56,400 bases of DNA, taken from positions 1-56,400 of the IMG/VR virus record IMGVR_UViG_3300020121_000067. One strand, written 5' to 3'. This DNA comes from a virus. Taxonomy: Duplodnaviria > Caudoviricetes. A program made the translations under genes and the position numbers. The notes under the pieces were generated by a model. That model had not been told where the DNA came from. It made no database searches and worked only from the letters and a program-made list of their open reading frames with translations. This document shows positions 35,701 through 44,859 of the stretch, in pieces; position 1 is the first letter of the stretch; every line of letters starts with the position of its first letter.

Positions 35701-37037
35701 TGGATGAGGGACTGGCGGAGGAACAGGTCGCGAGAGCCGAGACTCCACCGCCGTGCAAGTTCACCACCGGTTGCGCCGGGACGGGAAAGACCTACAACGC
35801 GGTGAAGGCCGTGCAGGCCGATCCCAGCAGCGGCATCTTGAGTTCCACCACCGGAATCTCCGCCGTGAACCTCGGCGCAATCACGATCAATAGCCTTCTT
35901 AAATATAGTGATGTGAAGGTGATGCGCGATCACTTCCTCACCGGGGCACTCTCCCGCGTGCTCCATCCACTCGCGAAGGCCCATCGCTGGCTGGTCATAG
36001 ATGAAATCTCCATGTACGGCGGCGACGCGCTGGACATTCTCTATCGCGCGGTAGAGGAGGCGAATCGCTACGTGGATGTACCGGAGCCGATGGGGATACA
36101 CATCATCGGGGATCTAGCGCAGCTACCGCCGGTGAGGGCGCCGTGGGTGTTCACCGCCGCGTGCTGGGAGCGGTTCCGGGAGAACACGGAGACATTGACC
36201 AAGGTGTGGAGGCAGGGCGACACGCGGTTCCTCTCGGCGCTGAATCTAGTTCGCTGTGGTGAAGGAGCTGCTGCTGCCGAAGCCCTGACCTCCCTCGGAG
36301 CAGTGTTCCACTCTGCGCTGGACACTGAGTTCGACGGGACCACGATCCTGCCGCGGAACGATCAGGTCTAGCGCTACAACGCGCTGGCGCTGGATCGAGT
36401 GCCGGGGAAGAAGTTCAAGGTGACCTCCCGCCGCTGGGGCCAGCAACGCAGCGAGTGGGGCCAGAACATCCGTACGAAGGAGTGGGGGATCCCACCGGAG
36501 GTGGAGCTGAAGGTCGGGGCGTATGTGATGCTGCTGGCCAATCACTCAGAATTTGAATGGGTAAACGGAGATTGTGGCTGGATAGTTGCCTATGGAATTG
36601 ATGGCCCGGATACATGGATTGAAATCAGGCTGGTAAGAACTAACAATGTAATTAGGCTTATGCCGCTGGTGCGCGGCGTAGAGTCCTCCGACCGTCCCGC
36701 CAGCTGGAGCTCCACCGCGCAGAAGGTCCCGGCATCGCAGGATGACGGTGGCTGGCTCCCACGACCGCACTACCGCAGCCGGGTGAAGCGGTATGTGAGT
36801 GGGCAGATCAGTTACTTTCCATTGCGGTTGGCTTATGCTACGTCGGTTCATAAGAGCCAGAGCCTCACCTTGGACAGAGTACAAGTGGACTTCCGGAACA
36901 ACTTCTTTAGTCAGCCAGCCATGCTCTATGTTTCTTTGAGCCGCTGTCGCTCACTCCAGGGACTGCGGCTCGTGGGGCAACCTGAGGTGTTCGCCAAGCA
37001 CTGCAACTTCGATGAAAGGATTCGTGAATGGTTATAG
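35670..37037 (+). CDS. Pif1-like SF1B helicase interrupted by one in-frame TAG (36369-36371)
   Basis: 'TGCAGTGKT', 'IDEISM', 'GDLAQLPPV', 'WRQ.D' before the TAG; 'LKVGAYVMLLAN..VNG..G', 'PLRLAYATSVHKSQSLTL', 'YVSLSR' after it in the same frame. Confidence 0.88.
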
Positions 37038-37065
37038 ATTAACGGACGCTGGGGGAATGGGGGTA

Positions 37066-38010
37066 ATGGAAAAGAAGATGACGGAACTTACAAACGAAGA
37101 ATTAGCGCGGTCTATCAGAATGGCGCACCGGAGCCACAATCTTACCTGCCGCGCAGATGAGTATAACGCGATGTGGGCAGAGTTATTGAGCCGCATTCCA
37201 AAGGGGGCCGCAGTCTCAGCCTCTCCGCAGCCTCCGAAGTTGATGATAAGCCGTGGCGGAGAAATCCATGAATGGTGTCCTGATTGTCGCGGCGATTGTT
37301 GCTCACCCTATAAGCCTAAGCCCATCTCAGGCGGAGCATCCACAGGGGAGCAGCCGCCTACGTCAGAAATGGCAGAAACTTTATCGCGGATAGCCGCACA
37401 ACCATCTACGGAATGCCATTTTGGGGCTTCGCATCCCTCTGGGCCATCCGCGAAGCTCTGTGATTTTCCTTTCACTGAAAAATGCTCTCAATTTGAGGCT
37501 TGCGTTCGAGCGAACAGATGCTTAAAGAACCTGCCTGAGCCATCCGCGCCCAAGGTTGAGCCGCTGATTTCCGATTACGGCCCACAAGATGAAGCAACGG
37601 AGACGGCCTCCGCGCCCACACTCACAGAAGCAGTTCATAAGGCTTACCAAGATGTTCTGGGCGACAAAATCCCCTACATCAAAGGGCAGATGGATCACAG
37701 CGTAAACAAGGCTGCTTACGAACTGTGGTGCGTGATTGCAGAGCTTGAAAGAATCGCCGCCGCGACCTCCGTGGCAGGAACGCAGCCCACTCCACTTTGC
37801 CCGCATTGCGACCCCGAAGATACCGAATACCAAAAACAAGCGTGCAGATGCGCGGCCCAAGGTACGCCACAGGTGGAAGCACTGGCAGAAGATATTGTGT
37901 TTCACTTTGGCGTTCAAGGCAACCCGCTAAACCTAGAAGCTATGCGTGAATTTCTGAAGTCGCACTTACCCGGCGCACCCGCTCAGCCGGGGCCGGAGGA
38001 GAAGAGATGA
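37066..38010 (+). CDS. Mosaic hypothetical protein with A/P/Q-rich linkers
   Basis: Long ORF, start uncertain (37057/37066/37078). Confidence 0.65.
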   Translation: MEKKMTELTNEELARSIRMAHRSHNLTCRADEYNAMWAELLSRIPKGAAVSASPQPPKLMISRGGEIHEWCPDCRGDCCSPYKPKPISGGASTGEQPPTSEMAETLSRIAAQPSTECHFGASHPSGPSAKLCDFPFTEKCSQFEACVRANRCLKNLPEPSAPKVEPLISDYGPQDEATETASAPTLTEAVHKAYQDVLGDKIPYIKGQMDHSVNKAAYELWCVIAELERIAAATSVAGTQPTPLCPHCDPEDTEYQKQACRCAAQGTPQVEALAEDIVFHFGVQGNPLNLEAMREFLKSHLPGAPAQPGPEEKR

Positions 38011-38564
38011 TTGACGATCTCGGAAAGCTATCGAAGCATTTGGACGAAGTAGCAAGGAAATGCGATTCAGAGGCGGGAGAAGAAATCATGAGTGACGTTA
38101 CAAGAAGAAAGCCACGGGAAGCGCAAGGAACGCCGGAGCCGCCGACGCGCAACCTAAACGAAGTACGTGAGGATATTGGCGATGCCATTCAAGCACTACG
38201 ATCAGGTTGGCCAGCGAATGATGTGATTTCAATACTGCAAGAGTGCAACGATTCGCTGGCGCTGGCCGGGCCGCAGAACGGGCAATGGTGGGTAAGGGTG
38301 GAAGATCGGTTGCCAGAAGATGATTCTGATGTTTTTGCGGCAATATGGTGGCGCAATGGCGACAATCCCGCATATAGCCACTACGTCATCCACGATTGCT
38401 CCTATTACGAAGGCGGCACCGGATCAGGGCAGAAGATATTCACGGATTGCGAAGGTGAAGAGTTCGAGCACACCGACGTGTCGTACTGGATTTACAAGAA
38501 AGATTTAGCCGCTGCGCTCCCCGCTCCACCTACCGGGGACGCGCCAACGGAGAAGAAACTGTGA
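38007..38564 (+). CDS. DUF551/Eaa-like domain protein
   Basis: 'WVRVEDRLPE...VSYW....P' pattern. Confidence 0.65.
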   Translation: MIDDLGKLSKHLDEVARKCDSEAGEEIMSDVTRRKPREAQGTPEPPTRNLNEVREDIGDAIQALRSGWPANDVISILQECNDSLALAGPQNGQWWVRVEDRLPEDDSDVFAAIWWRNGDNPAYSHYVIHDCSYYEGGTGSGQKIFTDCEGEEFEHTDVSYWIYKKDLAAALPAPPTGDAPTEKKL

Positions 38565-41500
38565 GCCATCGCCACAAGCCGCAGTCGTGTGTTGGCTGTC
38601 CGTGTCATGACCATGGGAACGATTTCTCCGCCGTGGAAGGCACAGGCTCAAGCGGAGTTATGTTCGTTGGCGAGGGCAGCGGAGAACATGAGCAGCTGGA
38701 TCAGCTTCCATTTCGACCCTATGCTCCCAGTGGAGCTGTGCTAGAACGCTGCCTGCGGAGAATGGGACTGGACAGGAAGCAGTTCTCCATCACCAACTGC
38801 ATTCGCTGCCGGCCGCGGAAGAACTGGTTAGAGTCGGCGCCGTGGGAATACTCCGCGCTCCGCCAGTGCAGGCCGAACCTCGACTCTGCGATTGCGCAGT
38901 ACCGTCCGAGGTGCATTGTCGCTCTCGGAGGAGTGGCGCTGCGGGAGCTGACCGGGGAGGCTGGCGAGGCGAGGGGGGTAACGCATCTTGCGGGCTACAT
39001 CATGCCATTAGCATCACAGACATCAGAACACTCAGTAACCTCGCCAGATGATGCGCCTTGGGCCACTAAGCGAATTCCAAACGTAGGAGCCATTCCAACT
39101 ATCGCTAATTTCCATCCAAGCTACCTCCGCCGGGGCAAGGCCTCGCACCAGGGAGTGTTCTCGCGGATCATCCAGCGGGGGCTGGTGGTCGCATCAGGCA
39201 GGGATAGGAATTACATGTGGGGGGTCGATCCTGATGACTCGGCGACATGGCAGCAGCCGGACGGATCACGCTTGCAATACTGGACTCACCCCACGATGGA
39301 CCAGGCGCGGTCAGTGTTGCGCTACCTCGAAGACAATCCCAATCTCCCGGTGGCCAAGGACATCGAAACCAGTGAATCATCATCGCTGGATGAGGACGCT
39401 CGGGAGGGATTCAGCGACACCGAGGTGCGACTGTTCCAGCTTAGCTACCAGCCCGGGACCGGGATAGCGATTCCCTACACGGGAGAGTTCAAAGACATCG
39501 TGAGACGAATGCTGCATCTCAGGAACCCGTTCTATGGTCACAACTGGGACAACTTCGATCATAAGGTGTTGCGCGCAGCCGCGGCACGTGAGGGATGGAC
39601 GTATGCGCCAACACAACGATGCTTCGACACGCTTGATATGTATCATCATTGGCAGCCTGACCTACCTGCTCATCTCCAGTTTTGCTCTAGCTTTATCAAT
39701 TTTCCTTTCCCTTGGAAGCATCTGGCCGCTACTAATATTGAGTTCTATGGTATTTGTGACGTGGATGCTGATTTACAACTTGGACAATTTCTTGAACGGA
39801 CGTTGAAAAAGGACAATTTATGGGGATCAGGCAATGAATATTCCCTGACCACGGGCTACACCGGACAGGAGCGCGAAGTCCGGCCAGTGCTGGCTGCGAT
39901 GGAGGATCGCGGGGTGCCGATTGATGACGCGGCGAGGATCAGGCTGGGAGCGGAGTTCGAGGCCGCACAGCGGGAACTTGGCGCTGCATTGCTACCGAGG
40001 TTCCCGGAGTCGGCGAAAAAACTGGATCCCTACAAGACATTCCCGCCGGAGTTGAAAAAGCTGCCCGAGGCTGAATGGTCGAAGCTGTTCCGGGAGCCTG
40101 ACAAGTGGAAATGCAAATGTGGTCGTGAGAACAAGATGGATGCTCTTGCCTGTGGGAAGTGCGCACGGTCGCAGGACGATGGAAAGATAAAAGCTGGGAA
40201 GTGGTATCGCTACGGCCAGCGTGAGGTGGATGAGGCAGGGCTGGACGCTGGAGGGGAACCCACGCTGGTGAAGGCACTCCGCTGGTGCTACATCCCGGAG
40301 TTCAATCCTAACTCCGGCAAGATGCTCATCGAATATATGAAGGCGATGGGGCATAAGGTTCCTAAGTCCAAGATCGAGGACGATGAAGGCAACCAGAAAG
40401 ACACCACCGCGGCGAAGGAACTCCAGCGCCTGGCAGTGAAGACCAATGATGACTTTTACCTGAAGGTGATCGAGTACCGCGGGCTGACGAAGCTGCGCGG
40501 AACCTATGTCGATGGCTTTCGTCCGGGGAGCGATGGCCGGGTGCATACGACGTTCACGTTTCAAACGGCGATTGCGCAACTCTCGGCCAGGAATCCGAAC
40601 ACAACTAACATTCCTAAGCTCAAGCCCACTCCCGCGCTGGCCAAGGCCATCCGGGGCATGGTACGTGCGGACGATGGCTGTGTGTTGGCTGAGGTGGATT
40701 TCAAGTCCTGCCACGTGATCACGCTGGGGCTGCTGGCCAATGATCCAATTTACACGCGTCTTGGCAGGTTGGACATTCATAGCGCTGTGGCTGGCCATTT
40801 CCTTGGACACTGGAACCTGAAGGAGATTATCAATGAAACGGATGAACAACTCCTTGCTAGATTTAAATGGCTTAAGAGCGACCCGGAACGCAAGCGTGTC
40901 CGCGATGACCAGGCCAAGCATGCAATCCTCGGAATCGGAAATGGACTCCGCGCGAAGGGACTATTTGAACGATATATGGAGTCGTTTCCGCCGCGAACGT
41001 GTCCATCCTGTGGAGGAACCACTAGAGTCGCTGGCGTCCGAGGACTTAAGAGATGTCCTATGTGCGGAGGAACTGGACGGCAGTCTGGATTAGGCATCGC
41101 GGATTCAATTTTGTCAATGTGCGAGGAAGACCTGTTCGGTGCGGTGTTTATATATCAGGAGGAGCAGCGCAAGGAAGCACATGAGACACAACGCCTGCGT
41201 ACCCCCTTCGGTCATCAGCGGAGGTTCTACGAGGTCTATCGCTGGGATGGTCGCAAGGGGATCTGGTCGCACGGTGATCAGGCAGAGGAGGCAGTCGCTT
41301 ATCGCCTTGCCAACACGGCTCATGCTCATATGCGAGAGGTTATGAAGGAGCTGGCGCAGCAGGGGCTGGATGAGAAGTATGGCCTGTTCAACATGGTACA
41401 CGACTCGCTGATGTTCCACTTCCCGGAAGCGTTACTGGAGTCATTCCCCCGGGAGGTGTTCCCGGTGATGACCGCCGAGTCCAAGGTCATGCTGGGACTG

Positions 41501-41620
41501 TGGCTGGGAGTGGAAGGTAGCTGGGGTAAACGATGGTCAGAGATGAAAGACTTGGAGACTCCCACGGTGAATCCTGCTACACTGCCCGCAATGGAGGCCA
41601 CCACTGCATGTGTTGTGTAG
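38561..41620 (+). CDS. polA: Family A DNA polymerase with N-terminal family-4 uracil-DNA glycosylase and 3'-5' exonuclease domains
   Basis: UDG 'VGEGSGEHE', 'TNCIRCRP', 'FHPSYL'; Exo 'DIET', 'GHNWDNFD', 'YGICD'; Pol 'LSARNPN', 'DFKSCH', 'AKHAILG', 'VHDS'. Confidence 0.93.
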   Translation: MSHRHKPQSCVGCPCHDHGNDFSAVEGTGSSGVMFVGEGSGEHEQLDQLPFRPYAPSGAVLERCLRRMGLDRKQFSITNCIRCRPRKNWLESAPWEYSALRQCRPNLDSAIAQYRPRCIVALGGVALRELTGEAGEARGVTHLAGYIMPLASQTSEHSVTSPDDAPWATKRIPNVGAIPTIANFHPSYLRRGKASHQGVFSRIIQRGLVVASGRDRNYMWGVDPDDSATWQQPDGSRLQYWTHPTMDQARSVLRYLEDNPNLPVAKDIETSESSSLDEDAREGFSDTEVRLFQLSYQPGTGIAIPYTGEFKDIVRRMLHLRNPFYGHNWDNFDHKVLRAAAAREGWTYAPTQRCFDTLDMYHHWQPDLPAHLQFCSSFINFPFPWKHLAATNIEFYGICDVDADLQLGQFLERTLKKDNLWGSGNEYSLTTGYTGQEREVRPVLAAMEDRGVPIDDAARIRLGAEFEAAQRELGAALLPRFPESAKKLDPYKTFPPELKKLPEAEWSKLFREPDKWKCKCGRENKMDALACGKCARSQDDGKIKAGKWYRYGQREVDEAGLDAGGEPTLVKALRWCYIPEFNPNSGKMLIEYMKAMGHKVPKSKIEDDEGNQKDTTAAKELQRLAVKTNDDFYLKVIEYRGLTKLRGTYVDGFRPGSDGRVHTTFTFQTAIAQLSARNPNTTNIPKLKPTPALAKAIRGMVRADDGCVLAEVDFKSCHVITLGLLANDPIYTRLGRLDIHSAVAGHFLGHWNLKEIINETDEQLLARFKWLKSDPERKRVRDDQAKHAILGIGNGLRAKGLFERYMESFPPRTCPSCGGTTRVAGVRGLKRCPMCGGTGRQSGLGIADSILSMCEEDLFGAVFIYQEEQRKEAHETQRLRTPFGHQRRFYEVYRWDGRKGIWSHGDQAEEAVAYRLANTAHAHMREVMKELAQQGLDEKYGLFNMVHDSLMFHFPEALLESFPREVFPVMTAESKVMLGLWLGVEGSWGKRWSEMKDLETPTVNPATLPAMEATTACVV

Positions 41621-41808
41621 GAGTTCATTGCATACGCTGTCATTCACCGCTGGCGCCGGTGCTCTACGACGATGACGGAACCATGCTGGTGTGGATATGC
41701 GGATGTCTGGCTTTGGGGTCATTTAATGATCGTCCTCGCGTAACCGCGAGATATTGGGACAAGAACGGCCCCGCTCCGGCGTGGCTGTTAGAGGAGGCAT
41801 CAATATGA
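41608..41808 (+). CDS. Small Cys-rich protein
   Basis: GGAGG RBS; CIRC...CGC. Confidence 0.5.
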   Translation: MCCVGVHCIRCHSPLAPVLYDDDGTMLVWICGCLALGSFNDRPRVTARYWDKNGPAPAWLLEEASI

Positions 41809-42260
41809 TAGACACCAAGGGATTTCTAGCTAAGTGTAAACAGGCCGCGATGAACCTGGGCCTGAGCTGGCCGGGGTACGTGGCTGCTGAGGCTGCGCTG
41901 GAATCGCGCTATGGAACGTCGCAGCTGGCCGTTCAAGCCATGAACCTCTTCGGCATGAAAATGCACAAAGGTACTCCAATCGAGGACACGCTGGCCCTCC
42001 CCACGAAGGAGTTTATCAATGGCCAGTGGATATCCACCGTGGCTCATTGGATGAAATACCCTGACTGGGAGGCGTGCCTACGCGACCGCCAAGCCACGCT
42101 CCTGCGACTGGCTCCTACGTATCCCAGCTATCAGGCCGCGTTAGATGCGAGTGATGGAGAGACCTTCGTGCGGGAAGTGTCATCCACGTGGAGCACCGAT
42201 CCCCATCGCGCGGACAAGGTTCTGGAGATTTACAACGAGAACCAGGATGTGCTGGCCTAA
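41805..42260 (+). CDS. Endolysin, GH73 (FlgJ-like) glucosaminidase
   Basis: 'AEAALESRYG...NLFGMK...TKEF...WSTDP'. Confidence 0.88.
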   Translation: MIDTKGFLAKCKQAAMNLGLSWPGYVAAEAALESRYGTSQLAVQAMNLFGMKMHKGTPIEDTLALPTKEFINGQWISTVAHWMKYPDWEACLRDRQATLLRLAPTYPSYQAALDASDGETFVREVSSTWSTDPHRADKVLEIYNENQDVLA

Positions 42261-42263
42261 TTT

Positions 42264-42710
42264 ATGTACACAAAAACAGTTAGTTTAGAAGATCGCTTCT
42301 TGAGTAAGGTGTCGCCAGAGCCAAACACCGGATGCTGGCTATGGATGGCCAATGTTACTCCTAGCGGGTATGGGATGTTTCAAATTGGCAGCTATAAAAA
42401 TGGAAAAATGGTTCCGGCTCACAGGGTAAGCCATGAATTATTTAAGGGCCCGATACCTGAAGGTCTAGAGATAGATCATCTGTGTCGAACTCCAGCCTGC
42501 GTTAACCCAGATCACATCGAAGCCGTTACTCGACAGGTGAACATATTGAGAGGAACAAACACCTGTGCCATAAACGCAAGAAAAACGCATTGTACTAAAG
42601 GGCATGCTCTAATTGGAGATAATGTTCGTATCTGGAAGGGGTGGAGAATATGCATAAAGTGTAACTCCATGAGGGGTAGGAAATTCCGGGAGAGGATGAG
42701 AAATGAATAA
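42264..42710 (+). CDS. HNH homing endonuclease
   Basis: 'GCWLW...GYG...AHRVS...IDHLCRTPACVNPDH...N' plus 'THCTKGH...CIKC'. Confidence 0.9.
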   Translation: MYTKTVSLEDRFLSKVSPEPNTGCWLWMANVTPSGYGMFQIGSYKNGKMVPAHRVSHELFKGPIPEGLEIDHLCRTPACVNPDHIEAVTRQVNILRGTNTCAINARKTHCTKGHALIGDNVRIWKGWRICIKCNSMRGRKFRERMRNE

Positions 42711-43071
42711 TTTTGTCGATCAACAACTGCCCATCGGACTGGTACTCGTGTTTGTGCAGAACTGGCTCAAGCAGCAGTCTTGGTTCCCTTGGCTGAACTA
42801 CCAATCCACCAAGGCCAATCACGCGTTCGCGATCATCACCACTGGCCTCGCCACGTTCGGCGTTCACATCTCTCACACCGGGACATTCGTCTCGGGAGGC
42901 TCCGTCCTGCTGACCTTCCCCGCCGGAACGGTGATGCTGGCAGGGCTGTGGCACTGGATACAGCAGTATGCCGTGACCAAGGGAGTGTACACGGGACTGC
43001 AATCGCAGTTGAATCCGCCAGCCGCGCAACAGCCAGCAGCGGTGGTTGAGACTAAGGATTTGAAGAAATGA
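42703..43071 (+). CDS. Putative holin/membrane protein
   Basis: Two to three hydrophobic segments, next to the endolysin. Confidence 0.6.
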   Translation: MNNFVDQQLPIGLVLVFVQNWLKQQSWFPWLNYQSTKANHAFAIITTGLATFGVHISHTGTFVSGGSVLLTFPAGTVMLAGLWHWIQQYAVTKGVYTGLQSQLNPPAAQQPAAVVETKDLKK

Positions 43072-43514
43072 GCGGAGCCGCATACAACACGGGCAACTCT
43101 AAACAGGATTACGAGACTCCACTTGATTTCATCGCAGCAGCAGAGAAGCGATTCGGCAAGCTGGACTTGGATCTGGCGGCTAGGGATGACAACAAAAAAG
43201 CTCCTGCTTATTTATCAGACTCACTCAACACAGACTGGCCTACAGATAAATTGTGTTGGCTCAATCCACCATTTGCACGAGTCGAACCGTGGGCGAGGAA
43301 GTGCCATGAGTCGGGCTCCAAAGTGTTGTTCCTCGTCCCTGCTAGCACCGGATCAAAGTGGTTCATCGACTACGTATTCATGAAATCGCTGGTGCTGTTT
43401 CTGTACCCGCGCATTCCATTCGATAAGACTCGGCCCAAATGGGGATTTCCTAAGGACTGCATACTGGCAGTCTACGGAGGCACCCCCGGATTTGAAACTT
43501 GGAAATGGAAATAA
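43068..43514 (+). CDS. Phage N6-adenine DNA methyltransferase (Dam-like)
   Basis: 'DYETP...LDLAA...WLNPPF...LVPASTGSKWF'. Confidence 0.85.
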   Translation: MSGAAYNTGNSKQDYETPLDFIAAAEKRFGKLDLDLAARDDNKKAPAYLSDSLNTDWPTDKLCWLNPPFARVEPWARKCHESGSKVLFLVPASTGSKWFIDYVFMKSLVLFLYPRIPFDKTRPKWGFPKDCILAVYGGTPGFETWKWK

Positions 43515-43527
43515 AGGAGATGAAAGC

Positions 43528-43905
43528 ATGATCCAACGCAAGCACTTACTCACTGTGATGCTGCCATTACTGGTTTTTTTAATGGCCATAACGGAAGCTA
43601 GCTGTCGTCACAACATCCACCCCGGAGCAATATCCAACGTGGATTCCAATGCCTACGACTCGCTGCTGGTGGCGCAGGCCGCGCTCGACGAGGGCAGGAA
43701 GATCATCGCCGAGAAGCCGGAGCAGTCTTACAAAGACGCCTTCAACAAGGCTGTGGCGGTCTACAACCAGGCCGAGGCTGACTGGCAGCTCTATCATTCA
43801 ACCAAGGATCCAGCCCTCGCCACGAAGCTGTCCGGCGAGATCGCCGATGTTATTAAATCCGTGGCTGACATGCGCACGGCATTCGGAAAGAAGGTGGGAC
43901 AATGA
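43528..43905 (+). CDS. Putative lipoprotein (possible spanin-like component)
   Basis: Basic N-terminus, hydrophobic core, A-S-C26; helical mature part. Confidence 0.6.
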   Translation: MIQRKHLLTVMLPLLVFLMAITEASCRHNIHPGAISNVDSNAYDSLLVAQAALDEGRKIIAEKPEQSYKDAFNKAVAVYNQAEADWQLYHSTKDPALATKLSGEIADVIKSVADMRTAFGKKVGQ

Positions 43906-44108
43906 ACCCAGCACTGACTAACTTGCTCAATATCCTGTCCATCGCGGCCGGTGCGGTAGCTGACACCGCCAGTGGGAAAGTCTCCGATGTCGGCGAGATC
44001 GCGGAGTACATCCTACGAATCGCCAACGCCAGCATCATGGCGTATGAGGCGCAAACCGGGAAGCCGATTGATCCGGCGCTGTTGAAGCCGGAAGCTCCGA
44101 TCACGTAG
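43902..44108 (+). CDS. Small helical hypothetical protein
   Basis: ATGA coupling. Confidence 0.7.
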   Translation: MNPALTNLLNILSIAAGAVADTASGKVSDVGEIAEYILRIANASIMAYEAQTGKPIDPALLKPEAPIT

Positions 44109-44139
44109 TCGCGGGGGAGTTGTAATGGGAAATTAAATC

Positions 44140-44163
44140 AGGGGCCAGTGGATGGCCCCTTTT
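44140..44163 (+). terminator. Intrinsic terminator at the convergence of the two transcription units
   Basis: AGGGGCCA-GTGGA-TGGCCCCT followed by T run. Confidence 0.8.
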
Positions 44164-44164
44164 A

Positions 44165-44287
44165 CTATGCAGCAGGTTTGGGCGGTGGAGGTGGCGGGTT
44201 CTTGGGCGGTTGTGGTTTTGACTCTTGCCAATTCGGCGGTTTTGGGGGTTGTGGGCCACCTTGATCATCTAATCTGTGCTGAAGCAT
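44165..44287 (-). CDS. Pro-rich 40-aa peptide (MLQHRLDDQGGPQPPKPPNW...PPPPPPKPAA)
   Basis: AAAGGAG RBS; ends TAG-TAA at the terminator. Confidence 0.55.
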   Translation of the reverse strand: MLQHRLDDQGGPQPPKPPNWQESKPQPPKNPPPPPPKPAA

Positions 44288-44786
44288 TTAATTCTCCTTT
44301 TCTGGGTCGATGGTAAGATATCACTCGCTTACATCCGTTCTTTTGCTCAAACAGCAGGTCAGCCAAGGTCTCTCCATATTTCCAGTCCACTGTCGAGTAG
44401 CATATCTTCGATGGAATGGGCTGCATGCGCGCAGGCTGAATGTCGAAGTCGGTGTTCGGTTGAGAGGGCGCCAGTATTAAAACATCTGAGTAGGGCACGA
44501 TGTTGCTGGCTAGCTGATGATCACGAATCCCGTACCCGGCCACGATTCCTGCGGCGAGTATCACTGGCATCCCGATCCACACCGTTACTTTCCCCCTGGG
44601 GCGCATCGCCGGTATCGAGGTCACAGGCTCGCTTGAGCCGGGAGATGTCGTGATTGACGGACTCCTGCCAATCGGTGAAGGTCTTTCTCTGAAGGTCGTG
44701 AGCAGCCATAAAGCGTTGATAGTGATACTTGAAAACCCAAACGCATACGCCACCCATTCCCACCAGTATAGAGTTAAAAATGTCAT
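44265..44786 (-). CDS. Membrane protein (start uncertain: 44786 or internal GTG near 44582)
   Basis: Two hydrophobic segments; overlaps 44521..44793. Confidence 0.55.
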   Translation of the reverse strand: MTFLTLYWWEWVAYAFGFSSITINALWLLTTFRERPSPIGRSPSITTSPGSSEPVTSIPAMRPRGKVTVWIGMPVILAAGIVAGYGIRDHQLASNIVPYSDVLILAPSQPNTDFDIQPARMQPIPSKICYSTVDWKYGETLADLLFEQKNGCKRVISYHRPRKGELNASAQIR

Positions 44787-44793
44787 GCCACAT
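44521..44793 (-). CDS. Membrane-anchored coiled-coil protein
   Basis: N-terminal TM then helix; GGAAGG RBS. Confidence 0.55.
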   Translation of the reverse strand: MWHDIFNSILVGMGGVCVWVFKYHYQRFMAAHDLQRKTFTDWQESVNHDISRLKRACDLDTGDAPQGESNGVDRDASDTRRRNRGRVRDS

Positions 44794-44859
44794 CGCCTTT
44801 CCTTCCCGCTACCTGAGTTACTTCTCCTTAGTTACCCACTGCGCGGGTACACTTGCTTC

